Virus record (IMG/VR): IMGVR_UViG_3300010362_000530
Location: 1 to 36,920 of that record
Origin: a virus
Lineage: Duplodnaviria; Caudoviricetes
Strand: one strand, 5' to 3'
Length of the DNA stretch: 36,920 nt
The notes below the pieces were generated by a model. The model searched no databases and was not told the DNA's origin. It saw only the letters and a program-made list of their open reading frames with translations. This document shows positions 34,511 through 36,920 of the stretch, in pieces. How positions within the stretch are numbered: position 1 is the first letter of the stretch; every line of letters begins with the position of its first letter. A program made the translations under genes and the position numbers.

Positions 34511-34640
34511 ACAAGCCGAGCGGGAATACGCCGAGCACCTGCGCGAGCTGAAAGCCGAAGCCGATGCGGAGTTCCCGGGCGAGGATTGGGATCCCGAGGA
34601 TTACGAGTCGTACAAGCTCGTGATGGAAAAAGACGACTGA
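34482..34640 (+). CDS. 52-aa highly acidic microprotein, absent from the ORF track
   Basis: AAGGAGG RBS. MGFTKRFQLEQAEREYAEHLRELKAEADAEFPGEDWDPEDYESYKLVMEKDD. Confidence 0.7.
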   Translation: MGFTKRFQLEQAEREYAEHLRELKAEADAEFPGEDWDPEDYESYKLVMEKDD

Positions 34641-34641
34641 C

Positions 34642-34995
34642 ATGAGCAATCGCTTCCGGCTGACGCCGCTCCAGGTTCGGATGTCGGAAAACGACATCGA
34701 GAAGTCCTGCGTGGACCTGCTGCATCTGTACCGCTACTTTCCGGTGCGGCAGCATGTCGGGCGATTCAGAACGCCCGACGACCGCTGGGTCACGATCGGC
34801 AAACCGGGCGACCCGGATTGGATTGCGGTGAAGAGTCCGAGCTTCTTTCTGGAGGTCAAGCGACCGGGCGAGGTTGCTACTGATCTTCAATTGCGGCGTC
34901 ACGCCGAACTGCGCCTGTATGGCTTCGACATTCTCGTGGTCGAAAGCGCCGAGCAACTGCGCGATTGGCTGGAGGAGTGGGAGCGAGCGCCGTAA
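34642..34995 (+). CDS. VRR-NUC domain nuclease (probable Holliday junction resolvase)
   Basis: E..IE, G.PD, FLEVKRP and Q...H..L...G motifs. Confidence 0.88.
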   Translation: MSNRFRLTPLQVRMSENDIEKSCVDLLHLYRYFPVRQHVGRFRTPDDRWVTIGKPGDPDWIAVKSPSFFLEVKRPGEVATDLQLRRHAELRLYGFDILVVESAEQLRDWLEEWERAP

Positions 34996-35121
34996 GGCAC
35001 AAACAAATGCGGCCCGCTGGCGCGGGCCGCGAAACTTTTACCCATCAAATCGGCTCTAAGTCGGGCCTTATCCGACTTAAAACCCTGTGAACCGAGGAGA
35101 CAGCCAGAGAGGACGTTCCTC

Positions 35122-36102
35122 GTGACTTCAGCATACTCCAAAAGCTCCTACATTTGCATACCGGAAGCGCTCGTTTTAGCGCAAGATTTGTCGCATGTTG
35201 CGCTACGGTTGCTGCTAATTCTGATTACGTTCCGTAACCGAACCACCGGGCAGTGCAACCCGAAGCGGGCGACCCTCGCAAAGCGCCTGGGATTCGGGCT
35301 GCGCACCACCGACAAGTATCTGGCTGAACTGCGCGGCAAAGGGCTGGTGCGCAGCCGGCCAACCGCGGGCCGGTATAGCAGCTACGAAATAGACACCGCC
35401 GCAGAGTGGAAAACGGCCCCGCCGGAGGCCGCCGGCGAGCGCCCGGAATCGCCCGGGAGGTGCGCAACCAGTTGCGCATCAGGTGCGCAAGATGGTGCGC
35501 CGGAGGTGCGCAAGAGTGCGCAGTTTGGAGCTGCTGTATCTCTATATGAACCAACTGTTCTTCAACCAAAGGTATTTGAACCACTCGCAACCGCCGCCGC
35601 CGCGCCGGTTGCTGAGGAGGTGCGCAAGCTCGAAAAACCGACGGCGGCGGCGGCGGTAAGCGATGACCAAAAATCTTTCCAACACCAAGACCGGGTGGCG
35701 GTAGCCGCGCCACTTCCGGTTTTGCCGCCCCAGGTGAGGCCGGAAAACGCGAAGTCGGAGGTTCGGCAGCTAGCGCAGGAATTGGCCCAGGAGCTGTCCG
35801 CTACCCACCCCAAGCCAGGATTACCCTACAAGGCCGTCGAGGAGATCACCAGGGCGCTCGAAACGTCGGGAAACCCCATTCTGGCCGCGGAGCAGATGCG
35901 GGCAAATCACGCAGCGTGGTGCGAATACTGGCGAGGACCAGGAGCCAACGGATTCATCGGGATGCTTTTCCGCTGGGTTCGCGACGGCGAATGGCAGATC
36001 AAGCCGGTGGTGAGGAGGCCGATGAGCAAAACCGATTTGAAAGCAGAGGAGTTTTTAAAGGCCTATGCCAATCGACGCGGCGCAAGCCTACAAGCTTGTT
36101 AG
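35122..36102 (+). CDS. HTH-domain phage replication initiator (O-like)
   Basis: N-terminal winged HTH (GQCNPKRATLAKRLG...T..KYLAEL..KGLV) with internal iteron-like repeats. Confidence 0.78.
   Translation: MTSAYSKSSYICIPEALVLAQDLSHVALRLLLILITFRNRTTGQCNPKRATLAKRLGFGLRTTDKYLAELRGKGLVRSRPTAGRYSSYEIDTAAEWKTAPPEAAGERPESPGRCATSCASGAQDGAPEVRKSAQFGAAVSLYEPTVLQPKVFEPLATAAAAPVAEEVRKLEKPTAAAAVSDDQKSFQHQDRVAVAAPLPVLPPQVRPENAKSEVRQLAQELAQELSATHPKPGLPYKAVEEITRALETSGNPILAAEQMRANHAAWCEYWRGPGANGFIGMLFRWVRDGEWQIKPVVRRPMSKTDLKAEEFLKAYANRRGASLQAC
35458..35585. repeat. Putative replication origin: iterons plus AT-rich tract
   Basis: AGGTGCGCAA at 35458, 35481 and 35504 (23-bp period), six TGCGC in 61 bp, then an AT-rich tract with T(G/C)AACCA three times at a 15-bp period. 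Confidence 0.75.
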
Positions 36103-36412
36103 GGGTCTGTCAGGGCTGAACTATTACCCGAGCGACGACGACGCTGTGGGGTTGCTTTTGAAAGCCATGCAGGCGGCCTCCAGCGTCGAAGCCGGCGAGG
36201 CCTTTGTAGACCACTGGACGCTTACACTTCGCAATCGCGATTGTCCCAAGCCAGGGGATATTCTGGATTACTTCCAGCCGCCAAAGTCATCCGGCGAATT
36301 TCTAGGCTCTCCGCAGAGCACCGGCTGCTCATTGTGCGGCGGCTCCGGCTGGATCATCGTGGAGCGCAAGGGCGTCGAAGGCGCGAAGAAGTGCACCTGC
36401 ATCGCAGCATGA
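36065..36412 (+). CDS. Putative replication accessory protein (helicase-loader-like position) with C-terminal Zn motif
   Basis: Overlaps the initiator end, GAGGAG RBS. P.PGDI followed by CSLCGGSGW...CTC. Confidence 0.6.
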   Translation: MPIDAAQAYKLVRGLSGLNYYPSDDDAVGLLLKAMQAASSVEAGEAFVDHWTLTLRNRDCPKPGDILDYFQPPKSSGEFLGSPQSTGCSLCGGSGWIIVERKGVEGAKKCTCIAA

Positions 36413-36695
36413 ATCGAGTGGCCGCCCCTGAGTAGGGTTACTCAGCCTTCAGACCGGTTCATGACGCCGGGCCTAGGCGGCCACCGGCCAAGGTATCACG
36501 AGGCGGCTGGGCCGGCGGATGGCTTCAACCGACAAATGCCAAGTAGATATGGATCATGACCAAGTGAGCCAAAACTGTAAACGCTTCACAGCGGTCGGGA
36601 TAGCGTCTTTTGGCCGCAACAGCGTATCGTGTAAACACCTGATATACACCGGGGCCATTCCCGGTATGTTGATCACAAATAGGTGAAAAAGTACC

Positions 36696-36724
36696 TTGCG
36701 TATTTGCGAAAAGTTGAATAATAT
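36696..36724 (+). promoter_or_regulatory. Putative rightward promoter
   Basis: TTGCGT, 17-nt spacer, TAATAT in an AT-rich intergenic region. A second candidate TTGATC-N17-TACCTT lies at 36669-36697. Confidence 0.45.
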
Positions 36725-36920
36725 TTCTGCCAAACCAGACAGCGGCGTTTGCGTTTTTTTCTCGCAAATTAGCCCGCCGTCGTTACGGGGAATTTACGAA
36801 TATGAACCGTACAGAGGTGGATCTTGGAAGCAACGAGAGAGGAACCGCGCGCGCGCGCTGTCCCTCCCTTGCCGGCCTCGCCCCCGACGCCCATCCTCCA
36901 CCCCACACGCCAGCCCCGCA

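Larger units (their letters stand above)
1..36920 (+). mobile_element. Lambda-like tailed temperate phage genome segment (possibly the non-integrated form)
   Basis: Contiguous portal-protease-decoration-capsid-neck-tail order, then recombination, integrase and replication genes. No recognisable host gene. Phage genes flank both sides of the recombinase. Confidence 0.95.

Noticed and set aside
36525-36767. 80-aa reverse-strand ORF
   Set aside because: Atypical codons, weak start, no motif, and it overlaps promoter-like DNA.
1-36920. Host assignment
   Set aside because: The gene style loosely recalls Acidobacteria-type prophages, but nothing in the sequence alone establishes a host.

Overview
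The whole window is a GC-rich, lambda-like tailed temperate phage (siphovirus architecture) with no recognisable host gene, and almost everything is on the + strand. 1-21740 is the morphogenesis block: 5'-truncated lambda-family portal, S49 head protease with a nested scaffold start, head decoration protein, gpE-type major capsid, neck genes, tail tube, tail chaperone with a -1 slippery site, tape measure, distal tail, a fused tail-tip protein and a repetitive tail fibre. One reverse-strand membrane-protein gene is inserted after the tape measure. About 750 bp of structured, lower-GC DNA with a near-consensus sigma70 promoter follows. 22495-36412 is an early/accessory block: RHH-like regulator, YqaJ exonuclease and putative annealase, many small Zn-finger proteins, an AcrVA2/FinQ-like protein, a large serine recombinase, a GH24 lysozyme, a VRR-NUC nuclease and an HTH replication initiator with internal iterons. 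The most interesting signals are (i) a 36-bp dyad, a candidate attP, inside the 3' end of the serine recombinase gene, with a stand-alone tyrosine-integrase arm-binding-like ORF upstream, (ii) the AcrVA2-like gene, (iii) an ATTTGCGAA motif shared by the two large intergenic regions, and (iv) a dispersed lysis module. Terminase genes and a classical CI repressor are not visible. All family calls come from motif recognition by eye, not from database searches.
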